A stretch of DNA of 61,419 bases, the filler included. It is 10 parts of 10 records of this genome, joined end to end, with 100 filler letters (N's around TTAATTAATTAA, not from the genome) between each part and the next. Parts side by side here need not be neighbours in the genome. Positions count along the whole stretch, not along the records: positions 42,447 to 48,727 come from SRR7504441_5543; positions 48,828 to 53,343 come from SRR7504441_5546; positions 53,444 to 58,269 come from SRR7504441_5558; positions 58,370 to 61,419 come from SRR7504441_5561; 6 more parts are not named here. One strand, given 5' to 3'. This document shows, in pieces, positions 45,715-59,656 of the stretch (position 1 is its first letter; each line of letters opens with the position of its first letter). The position numbers were made by a program, and so were the translations under genes. The notes beneath the pieces were generated by a model that saw nothing but the letters and a program-made list of their open reading frames with translations, did no database searches and was not told where the DNA came from.

Positions 45715-47736
45715 ATGCTGCCGGCCCAGCTGGCCGGCTGTGCCACGGTGCTGCACCCTGCGTTCCTCAGCCTGTCGCCTGCACTCGGCCTGGCCGCCAC
45801 CAACAGCAGCCTCACCCGCAACCTGGCCGGGCTGCGCGCGTCGGCCCCCGAGGCCCTGCTGGCGCGCGAGCTGTTTCTGCACGCCGGGGGCAAGCTGCGG
45901 CCGACCACCACCCGGTCCAAGCCCGGCGCGCACCTGGACACCGCCGCCTGGGGCTCGCTGATCGGGCTGGCCGTCGGACCGGCCGGGGCCGAACGGGTGG
46001 ATCAGGTCCTCAGAGGCGAGCACCAAATCGCCACCCGGCTGGGCAACCAGAGCCGGCCGCCCCCGAGCTTTGGGCGGTACTGCCGGCTGGTCGAGTTGGT
46101 GCGCCAGGCGCTGCGCACTGGGCGTGGGGCCGGGCTGCTCGCGCAATACACCTGGGAGAAAGCCGCTTCCAAAGCTGACCTTTTGCACTTCCTGCAGGCA
46201 CTGCACAGGACGTCGCCGCAGCCGGTGCTCCGGGCCGAGTTCGCCGAGAGCGAGGCGGCGCAACAGGCCTGGCTGGAGGACGAGTTCAGCGAGGCCGAGC
46301 TCAGCTGCGGCGACCGGATGGCGAGCGCGGCGCTCAGAGTGCTGGACGAGCGCGGATCCGACCTCGAATGGGCGCGGCACTTTGAGGCAGTGACTGCTGG
46401 GCTGAGCAGACTGGGCGGGTCCCGGACGCCGGTCCGGCTCCGGCGGTTTATGTATGGGCAGGGGAAAGAGGTGCCGGATTGCGTGGAGGTGGCTGTGAGG
46501 GAGCTCGTAGAGTTGGTGCTCTTTAGACCGCACAACCAGCAGTTTGACCTCGCCAGGCTGCCCGGACCGGCCGCCCCGGCGCTCAGGCGGTTCTTTGAGA
46601 TGGCGAATGATAAGCTGCGAAGAGGAGGGGCTGCTCAGTCCGAGCAGGAGCAGGCGGGCGAGTGGTTTGCGCTCTGCCAGGACCTGCCGACCGGACAAGC
46701 AAGCAACGGCATGGCGCTGCACCAGCCTGGCGACCACGGGCTGGAGTACGTGAGCCGAGCGCCGTGCGGCGGCTTGTTCGAGCTCAAGCCCACTACGCGC
46801 ACGATTGCGCGCGCGCTGCACCAGCTGCTGCTCGGTGGAGAAGGCGAGCGGCCGTGGGACTCGTTGGAGGAGTTTGCACAGTTCTGGAGGGCAAGGCAGC
46901 CAGGCTGCTCGCTCAAGGTGACCGAGGAGAGGCAGATACGGCGGAGCTTGGTGAGCGAGGGCTCTGCCATCACGCAGCGGGCGACGGTCTGGCTGGACGG
47001 GCAGGCAATGCACATTGAGCTCGATCCAATCAAGAACATCGCCACCTGCCGGCACGTGCCATGCACCCCCGAGTGGGCCTTACCGGGCAGCGACGTGCAC
47101 AGCGCCCATCTAGCTCGAGCGCTCGGCGGTTCTAATGAGACTTCGCCCAGAATGAGCGCGCTGTCGCTGGTCTGGCCAGCGCTGCTAGGCAGCGCCGCTT
47201 TGGACGCTCTATCGTTAGGCAGCTTTTCTCCGACCGCCCTGCAGGCGATGAGGGCGGTGATGGCGGCCGACTTCGATGAGCAGTATGTGGATGAGTCCGG
47301 GTTCAAAGTGGCCGACATGACAATCGCTGAAGCAGCGCGAGCCCGCCGAAATGCCGGCAGACGAGTGCTTGATGCAATCCGAATCGTCACCAGGTTAGCC
47401 AGCCACCGGGCCGACTTCGGGAGTCGTGATACGCACCTACAAGGCGATAATGCGGCCGCGGAGATGGCGCAAGACAGCTTGCCGTGGTTGCTGCGGCTGG
47501 CGCCGGCGGAGCTGAGTGCCAGGGAGGTGGCATTTGCCTTGTCTGGACTTTCTCCAGAGCTTTTGCTCGCAGATGCTGAGCTGAGAGAAGCTTTAGACCA
47601 GCGAGATGGCGGGATGTTGACACGGATGGTGGAGTTTGAAGCCGAATCGGTCCCGCTGCGCGATGCCTTTAAAGGGCTGGGCTCGAGACATTTAATCGAC
47701 ATGGCACGCTTTGTTGCTGGCACCGCGATTAAATGA
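45715..47736 (+). CDS. Intronless hypothetical protein with PDCVE motif
   Basis: 673-aa ATG ORF with core VPDCVEVAVRELVELVLF...FDLARLP...EWFALCQDLP...LEYV...FELKPT. Confidence 0.75.
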   Translation: MLPAQLAGCATVLHPAFLSLSPALGLAATNSSLTRNLAGLRASAPEALLARELFLHAGGKLRPTTTRSKPGAHLDTAAWGSLIGLAVGPAGAERVDQVLRGEHQIATRLGNQSRPPPSFGRYCRLVELVRQALRTGRGAGLLAQYTWEKAASKADLLHFLQALHRTSPQPVLRAEFAESEAAQQAWLEDEFSEAELSCGDRMASAALRVLDERGSDLEWARHFEAVTAGLSRLGGSRTPVRLRRFMYGQGKEVPDCVEVAVRELVELVLFRPHNQQFDLARLPGPAAPALRRFFEMANDKLRRGGAAQSEQEQAGEWFALCQDLPTGQASNGMALHQPGDHGLEYVSRAPCGGLFELKPTTRTIARALHQLLLGGEGERPWDSLEEFAQFWRARQPGCSLKVTEERQIRRSLVSEGSAITQRATVWLDGQAMHIELDPIKNIATCRHVPCTPEWALPGSDVHSAHLARALGGSNETSPRMSALSLVWPALLGSAALDALSLGSFSPTALQAMRAVMAADFDEQYVDESGFKVADMTIAEAARARRNAGRRVLDAIRIVTRLASHRADFGSRDTHLQGDNAAAEMAQDSLPWLLRLAPAELSAREVAFALSGLSPELLLADAELREALDQRDGGMLTRMVEFEAESVPLRDAFKGLGSRHLIDMARFVAGTAIK

Positions 47737-47931
47737 ACAGTATTCCTCACTTGAATCAGCATTCCAATGACATAGCACTTTTATATAGCTATTACATGTA
47801 TGATCATGACATTCTGTCTGTGTGCTAATTATATTCGTCATCGGAGTTCTACGGTTATGTGGTCCTCATGGGCCCGACTGTTTAATAAATGTACCAGTAC
47901 TTATTTCGTCGTCGGAGTTCATCCGTGTATT

Positions 47932-48727
47932 CTACGTGTATTCCGAAGTCAGATGGTAGATCAGCACGCCATATGCCAGCACAGCAACTGCAATCAGCGG
48001 GCCTACTATTTGATACATCCTGAACCGCTTGTGCAAGTTGTTCACTGAAATCTCCACGTCAGGGTCCCTCAGTGCACGCTTTGTACGGAAGTACCTTTGG
48101 ACTCCCCAGCCAAATAAGAGCAGTGAGAGGCTCGCCACAAACACCCCAACGGTGTACTGAGACCAAGCCGCTCCGAGCCTACCATTCTGAACGTCGTCCA
48201 GCCCGAGCTTGCCGAGTGTGACCGACCAGCCAAACACGCTCACCATCGTCCTGATCCACGCCAGCAGCGTCCTCTCGTTGGCGAGTTGGCTGGTCACTTT
48301 GGAAACTTCAAACTGCTTGTCGACGAGGTCCGTTACGTCCTCGGCCAGCTCGGCTACGTGTATGTCGACCGGGCTGATCTGCGCTGAATGATCCGAGCTG
48401 ATCCGCATCAACCGCTCCGATCGCGCCTGACCCCTGCGCCTGGAGAGGGTGCGGCGAAGCGTCGAGGTACTCAGATCGGCTAACTTGCGTTCCTCCATCT
48501 CCAGCTCAGTTAGATTGCTCATCGTCGGGACTCCGTCCAGAGTTGGCACGTGCTCCGTTGGCTGTCCTGATCCGGTGCCCCGGCCTGCCCCAGCGGCCGA
48601 GCACCCGGCGCCGCCCGTGAGCCGGGCCAGGTGGGTCGCCTTGAGGGCCGCGTGCTCGTGTGGCTCGATGCAGCCGTCGTCCAGCAGCGCCCTGAGAGTT
48701 TGCAACACCTGCAACTCGGCCAGATCC
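47932..48727 (-). CDS. DUF202 (YidH/Vtc1-like) membrane protein, 5'-truncated
   Basis: SQLANERTLLAWIRT followed by three TMs; SHOCT-like LRALLDDGCIEPHEHAALK upstream. Confidence 0.8.
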
Positions 48728-48827
48728 NNNNNNNNNNNNNNNNNNNNNNNNNNNNNNNNNNNNNNNNNNNNTTAATTAATTAANNNNNNNNNNNNNNNNN
48801 NNNNNNNNNNNNNNNNNNNNNNNNNNN

Positions 48828-51800
48828 AACCGGGACGGGGTGATCGACCGGGCCGAGTTTGAGCGGGGCTGGAAGGGCAGCAAGCGGAGCAACGACCAGT
48901 GGGCCGCTCAGATGATGAAGGAGATGCAAATGGTCGAGGAAGCGCTCACTCCCGACCGGTTTGGCCACCGGCCGCCGGCTGTGGCTGCCTCGCCCACCCC
49001 AGCCCCGCCGCTAGCCCAGTCGGCCGTGCGCGCAGTGGTGGTGCTCAACGGCTCAGTGGACAGCCTGCCGGTCCCGAGGCGAGCCTGGGACGAGGCTCTG
49101 TGCACGGATGTTGCTTCGGCGATCGGGACGCGGCCGGAGCGGGTGGTGGTGGCGGCCGTCGAGCCGGGCTCGGTAGTGGCTTGGTTGGACCTGCTGCCCG
49201 GCGGACCGCTCGAGGCAAGCTCTGAAGAGCTGGGGAGCACGCTCGTAGCTGTGGTAGCCGACAGCGCCAGCAGGCTGTATCGGGGCCGCGTGACTGCAGA
49301 CCTGAACCGGAGTGAAACGCTGAGCATGCTCGCCAACCTCGGGAGTGTCGCCAAGCCGGAGCCGAGCCCGAGCACAATTGACAGCTCTCTCGCGGTGCGG
49401 CGGTCGGTGCAAGCGGTGTATGTCGCAGTGAACCACTGGAAGCAGTGCAAGATGCAGGGGATGAACGACCGGTGGAGGAAGGTTGCTGCTGAGAAGAAGC
49501 GAGCACGGATGGGCTGTCTTGAAGCAACAGTCAAGTACAGGCACGATCAGGTGGCGCATGCAGTGGTGCTTTGGTGGAAGGTCTGCATGGTCGAACGGGA
49601 CGGTGCAAACATGGTCGACTGGGTGGTGGCGTTTGGGAAGGGCCAGGGACAAGCTGCCAGCTTCTCGAGCTGGCGGGTGCAGACCGCCATCGCAGTATCC
49701 CTTGCCACATTCGAACAACAGGCCAGCCAGCATTTTGAGCGGCACGCCATGGCTAATGCGATGGCTATTTGGAGAGTCCTAACCACCGAGAATGGGGCGC
49801 TCAAGCATTTGACCCAGAGAGGTGGTGTCAAGCTCCGGAAGCTAAGAACTTCCCTAGCTGTGGCGCACTGGATTGCTATCTCGGGTGACATCGGGTGCAG
49901 GCGGGCGTCGCTAGAGGCAGCCAAAAGGTGGTGGCGACGAGCCCAATTCAGACGTGCACTTGCAAGCTGGGGCCAGCGAGGGTCGGTGGTGGGGACAGTC
50001 AAGCAGCTTGAATCGAGCGGAAGGCCACTGCTATTCAAGTTTCAATTGCAGAATGGGATTAAAGATTGGCGCAGGGTGAGCCTGGAGCTGCGTGAATCGC
50101 TCTCATTACTTCAGTGGGCTTCAGTCTGGTGGGCATTTAGAGTTGTACAGAGCACTCTGTCGCAGTGGCACCAGTCTAGTGGACATTTGCAGCATGCTAG
50201 CAAGGGCTTGGAGAGCTCAAAGCAATTTTGGACTGGTAGTGCACTCGTGATCCGGCTCCAGCACTGGAGGGTGGTAGCACGCAAGATGCACGCATTGGAA
50301 TCTCAGGCGCACTCCTCCCAGTGGTATTGGCAGCTTCGGCAAATGCTCCGAGTGTGGGACTTTTGGTCATATCGAACGTGCTTGACAAAGGAGCTGTCAG
50401 CTGCTGAGCTCGGTGCCCTAAAACACTGGAACCGAAAGCTCTGCCGTGCCGCTCTCTGTACTTGGATCCATGGCTCTGCCTCGCCAGCACTCAACAGCAC
50501 TGCAATGCGATTCTGGAGAGGCAATGAGAGAGTTAGACGATTCGACCAATGGCGATCAAAGACAGATGAGTTGCTTGCGCAGCTGCATACAATGAGAAGC
50601 GTGCTGGCAAGGATGCAAAACGGCGTGCTGGCACGTGCGCTGACCACTTGGTGCACAGAGACAAGAGACGCGCAGCATGCAAGAGAGGTGGCAATGGCAG
50701 CTGTACAGCGCTTGCGGCAACTCAATCTTCATTTTGCCATGAATACTTGGCGTTCGCAAGTTGATCACGCGTTGCAGAGCATTGCTGCTGATGACAAAGT
50801 CAGATATGCAATATGCAATGCCTTTGGAAGCGAGCTGCATCGTGCTCTCCTCCTTTGGCGGATGGATGCCCAAGGTGCTCTTGCCGAAAAGAGCTCAATC
50901 GGGAAGGCCAGTGCCCAGATGTTCAACGTGCTTTTGCGCGCTGGATGGAATAAGTGGCGGTCTGACTTTTGTCAAGCAGTTGACGAGCTCGCGGCACTTC
51001 TCAAAGCTGTCAGGACATGGTCAATGCCAAAAGCATCAGCTGCGCTCAGAACATGGTACAGTGCCTCGACTGAAGCGCGCGAAGCCAAGATAGCTACGCG
51101 TGCGGTGATAAAACGATGGAAGATGAAACATCTGATGCGAGGCCTGTTGAAATGGCGTGAAGTTTATACTCAGGCGCAGGATATGCACGAGTTGTGGCAA
51201 AACTTGTATGAATGCTACAGCCAGGCCTTCAAGCTCAACTTGATCCCTGAAGCATTGGCCTCAGCGGGTCGACAGCGTCGCCAAAAGCTGGGGTATTATG
51301 CCCGCTTCTTTTACACAGGGCAGCTCCATTCTTACATTTCTGAGTGGAGGACCTTAGCAGCAGACGGATCAGTGACAAAGGAGAGTTGTCATCGTGCTGC
51401 CAAGGCGTTCCTTTTGAGTGCAGAACGTCGCGCGATGAACAAGTGGCTGGAATATCACATTGAACTTCTCGAAGGTAAGCGGTCTTGCCTGCGAGCACTT
51501 TCAATCTGGCAGCATCGTGATTTGTTTCGCGCTTTCTATACCATGCGTGAAATAGCAGAGGCCACCCGGGATACAAGAAAGCACTTGAAAATGGTGGCAG
51601 CAAAGATTTCGCAGGTGCACCTATGGCGCGCTTTCAATACATGGCTTGCAGAGAGAGGTGACCAGCATTCTGATGGTGCTCAAATGCGCCGTGCGGCGCA
51701 ATGGTGGCTGCAGCGTGGCCGAGTCTGGTGTACATTGTTATGGCGCCATGTTGCAAGCCATGCTCGAATATTGCAGGTCTCGCTCGCTATTGGGGCACAT

Positions 51801-52998
51801 CACTACAGAATCTCCACTCTGCTCCATTGGTTGGCGCTCTGGCAGCTGCAAAACCGGGAACGAGCCACCAGAGAGCCTAAGAGGAGACCGAGCCAAACTG
51901 TGGCTAGACCGTATGTGGGTGTGGCCTCCCAGGGTGGAGTGCCACAGAAGATAACAAATCTGGATGGCCCAATGGGTAGGTCTATTCGCTCTGGTTTCCT
52001 AGGTACCCGGTCCAAGCAAGTTTACAACACACCTAATCTATCAGCACAAGCAACCGTCGAGTCTCGGTCTCCCACTGAAGCCATTGACCGCATGTTTGAT
52101 GCTGCTGATGTGAACGCAGACGGGGTGCTTGACCGTAAAGAGTTTGTTGCAGCATTCCAGCGCGGTACTATAGTGATTCCTCAGGTCAGTACCTGGATTA
52201 GAATGATGTTGATGCGTTGACTGCAGGCCCTGCAACAAGCCAGATCTCACCAAGATGAGCCTAGTAGAAGCAATACACACATAAGTTCCAAGGGGAGGGA
52301 AAGAGCCAGACCGTTAGGCTGGTCTGTGCCAGCTGGCTCTGAGCAGCCTGAGGTATGTGCCTGCTAATGCGCTGAATATAGGACTGAACATGGTGATGAA
52401 GGTGCTACCCCAGCAGGACACAGCAGCTCACCAGGACACACAGCAACTGCAATCTAGCAGGAACCGCAGACCAGGAGAAACACAACCGAGGTCCATGTCA
52501 CGGAGCCAGAATGAGGAACACCAAGCTGCTGAAGGGGATGGCTCTGCTTCGGCTGTGAAAGCAAAGTACCAACAGCTTGCTCATTTGTTTGAGACTGCAC
52601 CATCCTCTGGTACGAACTGCCCATCCATGATGCGCTTGACCAGTTTGATAGGTGCACTGCAAGGGCTTTTTACGAGATATGCTAGTCCTGAAGGTGAGCT
52701 TACCAGCCAAAAATTCGGAAGGATGATGATTGATACTGGGTTTGTTGACACCACGTTGACTTCAGGTGAGCCTTCTTTAGCCGCCCCTGTTCCCACAGTC
52801 CCGGGAGGTCTTGATTTCACCGCGGTAGGTGTGGTCAACATAGCATTTCTTCAAGCGATTAGAACAGGTCCAAAACGAAGATCGCGGATGCAGTGGTCTC
52901 AGTTTCTTCTCGGACTGGCCATGGTCACAATGCGCAAATACCCGATTGCGACGCCTCACGAAGCACTCGAAGCGGCCAGTGTAAATCACATGCGATAA
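48828..52998 (+). CDS. Sfi1-like Trp-repeat protein with EF-hands and C-terminal p25-alpha/TPPP-like domain, 5'-truncated
   Basis: Regularly spaced (A/F)xxW repeats; EF loop DVNADGVLDRKE. GT-AG introns near 52185 and 52353 keep the frame into LFTRYAS..LTSQKFGRMMIDTG...MQWSQFLLGLAMVTMRKYP. Confidence 0.65.
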
Positions 52999-53908
52999 AA
53001 TGTGAACCGAAAATTTAATAAAAGTACTCGTATCACGAGTGTATAGAAAGATTCTGTCCGGCACTGACTGGCAGGGGTGCCACGTGTACCTTGTCGAGTG
53101 CTGATTCAAGAGGAGCTAATGGATGCCGATCTGATCGATGACGTCGCTGCCCGAGTGCACGTTGTGCCGGTGATCTTTCATGTTCTCCACTTTACAATAG
53201 CTTTTTGGCTTGGCCCGCGGACAGGGCTGCGGTTTAGGGCTGCAATTAATTATTCAGCATGTCGCCATTGACGGCCATTCCCGAGCAGCTCGGCAGGTTT
53301 CCTGGCAATAGCGGCTCGCTTCGAGCTCCGGCGAGCAGCGGATNNNNNNNNNNNNNNNNNNNNNNNNNNNNNNNNNNNNNNNNNNNNTTAATTAATTAAN
53401 NNNNNNNNNNNNNNNNNNNNNNNNNNNNNNNNNNNNNNNNNNNACTTGCGGGACGCATGTCAAAGATTTGGGGTGCCCGATCCGAATCAGGAGGACAACC
53501 TGAGGCACGAGCACCAGCTGCCTCACGGAGCACAGCGGGCGTGGCTACCCGGGCACATGCCAGCGTTGGTGAACCATCTATCGGAGGGAAGCCCCAGCTC
53601 GGCCCTTACGCTGGTGAACACGAGCGTGGCTGAGCCGAGGAGGTATTCACACAACAATATCGTACTGTAACACACCTCAAATCTTGACGCTCACATACGT
53701 GTACATGTAGAATAGACATCACCGAGTACCCAATGAGCGCTGGATTTGTCACTATAAAGTAGTTATCAATAAATAAAGCATAGTCAATTGAATAAAGAGG
53801 AAATGTAAATGGCTCTTGGATTCACATTTTGATGTCGGCTCTAATGAACATGCTAAGCTTGTACCCGTCCTGGGCAGTGCCATTAAATAACAAGCTAGCA
53901 ACGGATGA

Positions 53909-55747
<1,839 letters not shown>

Positions 55748-55833
55748 GCTTCCGCCGCTCGCCGGCGGGAAGTCCGTTAACTTTGTGGTGGCCCGCTCGA
55801 ACCCGCTCGATCGCATCGTCGCATTACTAGCAT

Positions 55834-57665
55834 ATGCTCGGTGAGCCCGAGGCAGGCTGACCAGTGGCCGAGGCCGCGGGGGGCAGACATCAACTTGTTT
55901 CGAGAGGAGAAGGGCGGCAATCCGGAGCTGGTGCGCGAGTCCCAGCGCCAGCGGTATGCTCGCGTTGAAGACGTGGACGACGTGATCGCACTCGACCTCG
56001 CCTGGCGCGCCGGTGCCCTGCCAGCCAGCCGGCTTGGGCCAGCCCGGGCGGGCAGTGCTGCAGGCTACTGAAGCTGCCCGGAAGAAGCGCTCGCAGGTGC
56101 AGAAGCAGATCACTGATGCGTTCAAGGTCGGCTCGCCCGGCGGCCCGGCGCCCACTGGCTCCTGCAGAAAAAGGAGCAGCCGGCGGATGAGCTCGTGGCT
56201 GAGAAGGACGCGCTCGACGCCCAGCTGAAGCAGGCGCTGCCGGCGCGGTGGGTCGGTCTGAGTGGAGCTGGGTAGATGGATTTGGATCTGGCGGCGGCAG
56301 CGCAGCAGCGGGACAACAAGCTAAAAACCATCGGCAATATCGTGCACGGGTCGGTGCCTGTGAACGACGACGAGGCGCGCGACGGCCGACGGCAGCGCGT
56401 GTGAGCCTGGCGGACAGGAGTACAATGATCCGGTGCACAACACGTGCGGTGGGCTGAAGGATACGCCGGCGGCGCGGGAGGGGCTGTTCAACCATGTCGA
56501 CCTGATGCGGATGCTAGACATCATGGACTGCGAGCGCGGAACCACCATCGCTGGGGACCGGGGCTATTTCCTGAAGAACGAGGGCGTGCTGCTCAACCAA
56601 GCTATGCAGTCGCTGGCCTCTTGCCACCTCATGTCTCGCGGGTTCAATATGCTGCAGGCGACGCTCTTGCGGCGCCGGGGCTGACTGGAGGCCAGACGCC
56701 GTTTTTTATGGTGCGCGAGATGATGTCTCAGTGCGCCCAGCTGGAGGAATTCCACGAAGCGCTGTACAAGGTATTGGCAGCCCTGAGTGCTCGGCTGACA
56801 GCACGCAGGTGGTGGCCAAAGATCCGGAGCCTGGGGCAGCCGACAGTGGAGACATCAAGTACCTGATCGCCACCTCGGAGCAGCCGCTGGCCTGCTACCA
56901 CGCCAACGAGTCAATTAATTGCGACAAATTCCCTCTCAGGTGCTCACTGCGACCCGGGCACTCCCGGATGCTGGCTGCAGGTACGCCGGACTGTCGACAT
57001 GCTTCCGGAAGGAGGCCGGCAAGCATGGCAAGGACACGGGCGGGATCTTCCGGACCCATCAGTTCGAGAAAGTGGAGCAGTTTGTGTATTGCAACCCTGA
57101 AGAGTCGTGGAAGGAGATGGAGCTGCTCATCAACAACGCGATGGTGCACCACAGCGCGGCTGCCGCCCATCCTGCCCGCAGGACTTTTACACCGCGCTGG
57201 AGATTCCGTTCCGTGTGGTCAACATTGTGTCCGGCGAGCTGAACAACGCTGCGGCAAAGAAGTACGACCTAGAGGGATGGTACCCCGGTGCTGAGGGCGG
57301 CGGCACCTGGCGCGAGCTGGTCTCCTGTTCCAACTGCACAGACTACCAGGCACTGTGCATCGCCGGGTGCCCGCGTCGAGCCCGGGGACAGGCTCGCAGG
57401 CTAAACACCAAGTTTGGAGAGAAGGGTGGGTCTCCTCCGTGCCACATGCTCAACTCGACACTGACGGCATGCGAACGGACGATGTGCTGTCTGGTGGAGA
57501 ATTACCAGGTGCCGTCGCCAGGGTGGGTGGTGGGGGAGCTGGGGACAGAACCTAGAGAAGGGCGGGATTGATATCCCTGCGCCACTACGGCCGTACCTTG
57601 GAGGGCGAGACTTCATTCCGTTCAAGTTCAAGATAGATAAAAAGGGCAAGCTGGTTCCTGTTTAA
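55834..57665 (+). CDS. SARS1: Cytosolic seryl-tRNA synthetase, 11 introns
   Basis: Motifs [69 protein letters not shown] and HMLNSTL. Confidence 0.97.
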
Positions 57666-57877
57666 TTTTATGGGCCAAAATGTGCTCTCAACCGTGAGCT
57701 CGTTCATGGTCCTCATAGAGCTCACAAAATAGTTTGGGTGTTGTGGTGCGCTTGAAAATTCCAACTCAAGAGCTTTCAATCTAACGAACAATTACAGGAA
57801 TCGAATTAAAAATAAAAATACAGTGTAACTCCGTGTCACTCCTCGAGCAGGGGTGTCGCGAATCACGACACACACAC

Positions 57878-58269
57878 ATGGCCTTGCTTCGTGGGCTTGC
57901 GTTTACGCTCTGCGCGGCGGCAGCCTGGGCGCAGTCCCCAGGTAACGGCATCTCCAAGCAGACCTACTCTGTCACCGACCCCCAGGCCTCCTTCACCTTC
58001 TTCGCCAAATACTTGCCAATCCATTGCGGCGACCCCGTGGCAATGTGCAACTCATCCGACGCGGGCTGCGGGCAGAAGGGCCGGTCCAACCTGTGCTCCG
58101 AGAGCGACAACACCACCTGCACCGGTAACGCGTTTGACGGTTTCATGTTCCACATGGTCAACACCTCGGCCCGGCCTTCTGGGACGCACTCGGTGGCCGA
58201 GCTCGAGCAGATCTACGACCAGAAGATGGCCGAGGCGTTTGCAGCCAACCGGTACGATGCGTTCATGGA
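57878..58269 (+). CDS. Secreted protein, possibly VOC-like fold, 3'-truncated
   Basis: Signal peptide MALLRGLAFTLCAAAAWA; SVTDPQASFTFFAKYL. Confidence 0.6.
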
Positions 58270-58369
58270 NNNNNNNNNNNNNNNNNNNNNNNNNNNNNNN
58301 NNNNNNNNNNNNNTTAATTAATTAANNNNNNNNNNNNNNNNNNNNNNNNNNNNNNNNNNNNNNNNNNNN

Positions 58370-59580
58370 CCAGGATGCCCATGGTGAGCCGCCCGACCCA
58401 GGGCACCAGATCCCCAGGGCTGAGCCACCGGCCTGTCTGCAGCCTAGTGAGCTCCACCAGCTCCTGCGCCAGCTCCAGCCCCATCAACCGGTGCGACAAC
58501 GGCACCGGCTGCCCCGGCCCGGTCCAATGCATGGACAGCTGTAGGTACATTTGTTCGACCGCCGCCGCCGCTTCCTTGGCTCCTGAAGTCCTTCGGAGCA
58601 GCCCAGCAGCGCCGTGGACTATCCTGTCCAGCTGCCCTCTGCTCACCGCCCGGAGCTCGGCCTCGCTCGCGCTGCGCAGCCCGACCCACAGCTCTGGGGG
58701 CAGTCCGGCAGTGAGCCGGCAAACTGCCTGCCTGGTGAGCAGAGGGCTGATCTTGTGGAGCGCGTCTACGGCCCGGCAGGCGAGCACAAGAGGCGGCTTG
58801 CCCACCACTCCCCGGAGCGCCTCGATCGTCCCCCCGGCCGCCGCCTGGTTGATCAGCTCCACAAGCCATCCGCCGAGCGGCACTGTGTCGCGCAACACCG
58901 CCGCAGTCGGCCAGCCCGGTGATGACTCATCGTCAGCCACCTCATACCGCGCCGGGGGCAGCTCCAGTGCCAGGCGCGGCCCAGCCAGCCGGTTCAGCCC
59001 GGGGTGCGATCGGAGCACCCACATCGGCCGCAGCTGCCCGGGCACCTCTAGTTGCAGCCGCGCTCTCGGACCGTCCGGACACGGCTCGTCCCCTAATACC
59101 TTGCACCGCCGCCACTGGCCAGCCGGGCTGTTGGGCAGCCTGAGCAGCACCGGGTCGCCCGGCCCGAGCCCCTCCCGCCAGGCCTCCCGCACCCCGGCCG
59201 GCAGGTTGTAATTGGCGTGCACCCAACTCTCCGGGTCCAGCGCCGCCGCAGCCGTCTCCACCCGCAGCTCAATCGGCCCAGCCTCCACCGCGGCCAGCGC
59301 CGCGCTCACGAACTTGCGCAGCGCGGCGCCGGTCGGGCTGGGCGGCACCAGTTGGTCCGGGTAGCTCCGGTTGAGCGCGGCGGCCACGGCTTTGGGGAGC
59401 CAGCCGGCGTCGGCAGGCCGGCCAAGCATCCCGGCGGCCCGGGTGAGCGGCCGGCGCGGGTCCGGCTCGAGCGCGATCGAGCGGACCAGCGCCTGGTCGG
59501 CCGTGTCCCGGGGCATCGCCCCTGGCAGCTGGCCCTCACTGAGCACTACTCAGTGGGGCTGGTCCCTCCTGCCTGAGCAT
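58370..59580 (-). CDS. N-terminal part of a large helical protein, USP9/24/34-like, 3'-truncated
   Basis: SEAELRAVSR...LSHRLMGLELAQEL...WLSPGDLVPWV resembles the ARM region of large USPs; first intron is GC-AG. Confidence 0.5.
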
Positions 59581-59656
59581 GCTTTTCCGTTGGATTTCCA
59601 ACGGCGAGGCCGGAGGTGGCCAGTGTGCTCGGAGTTGGTGGGTTGAGTCGGCAGCC

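Noticed and set aside
45706-47762. Long antisense ORFs (449 and 375 aa) and many similar shadow ORFs across the window
   Set aside because: They are expected in GC-rich coding DNA, and the translations are low-complexity R/P/A/S with no motifs.
55841-57560. Introner-like mobile introns
   Set aside because: Introns share length but show no evident sequence similarity, terminal inverted repeats or consistent target-site duplications.
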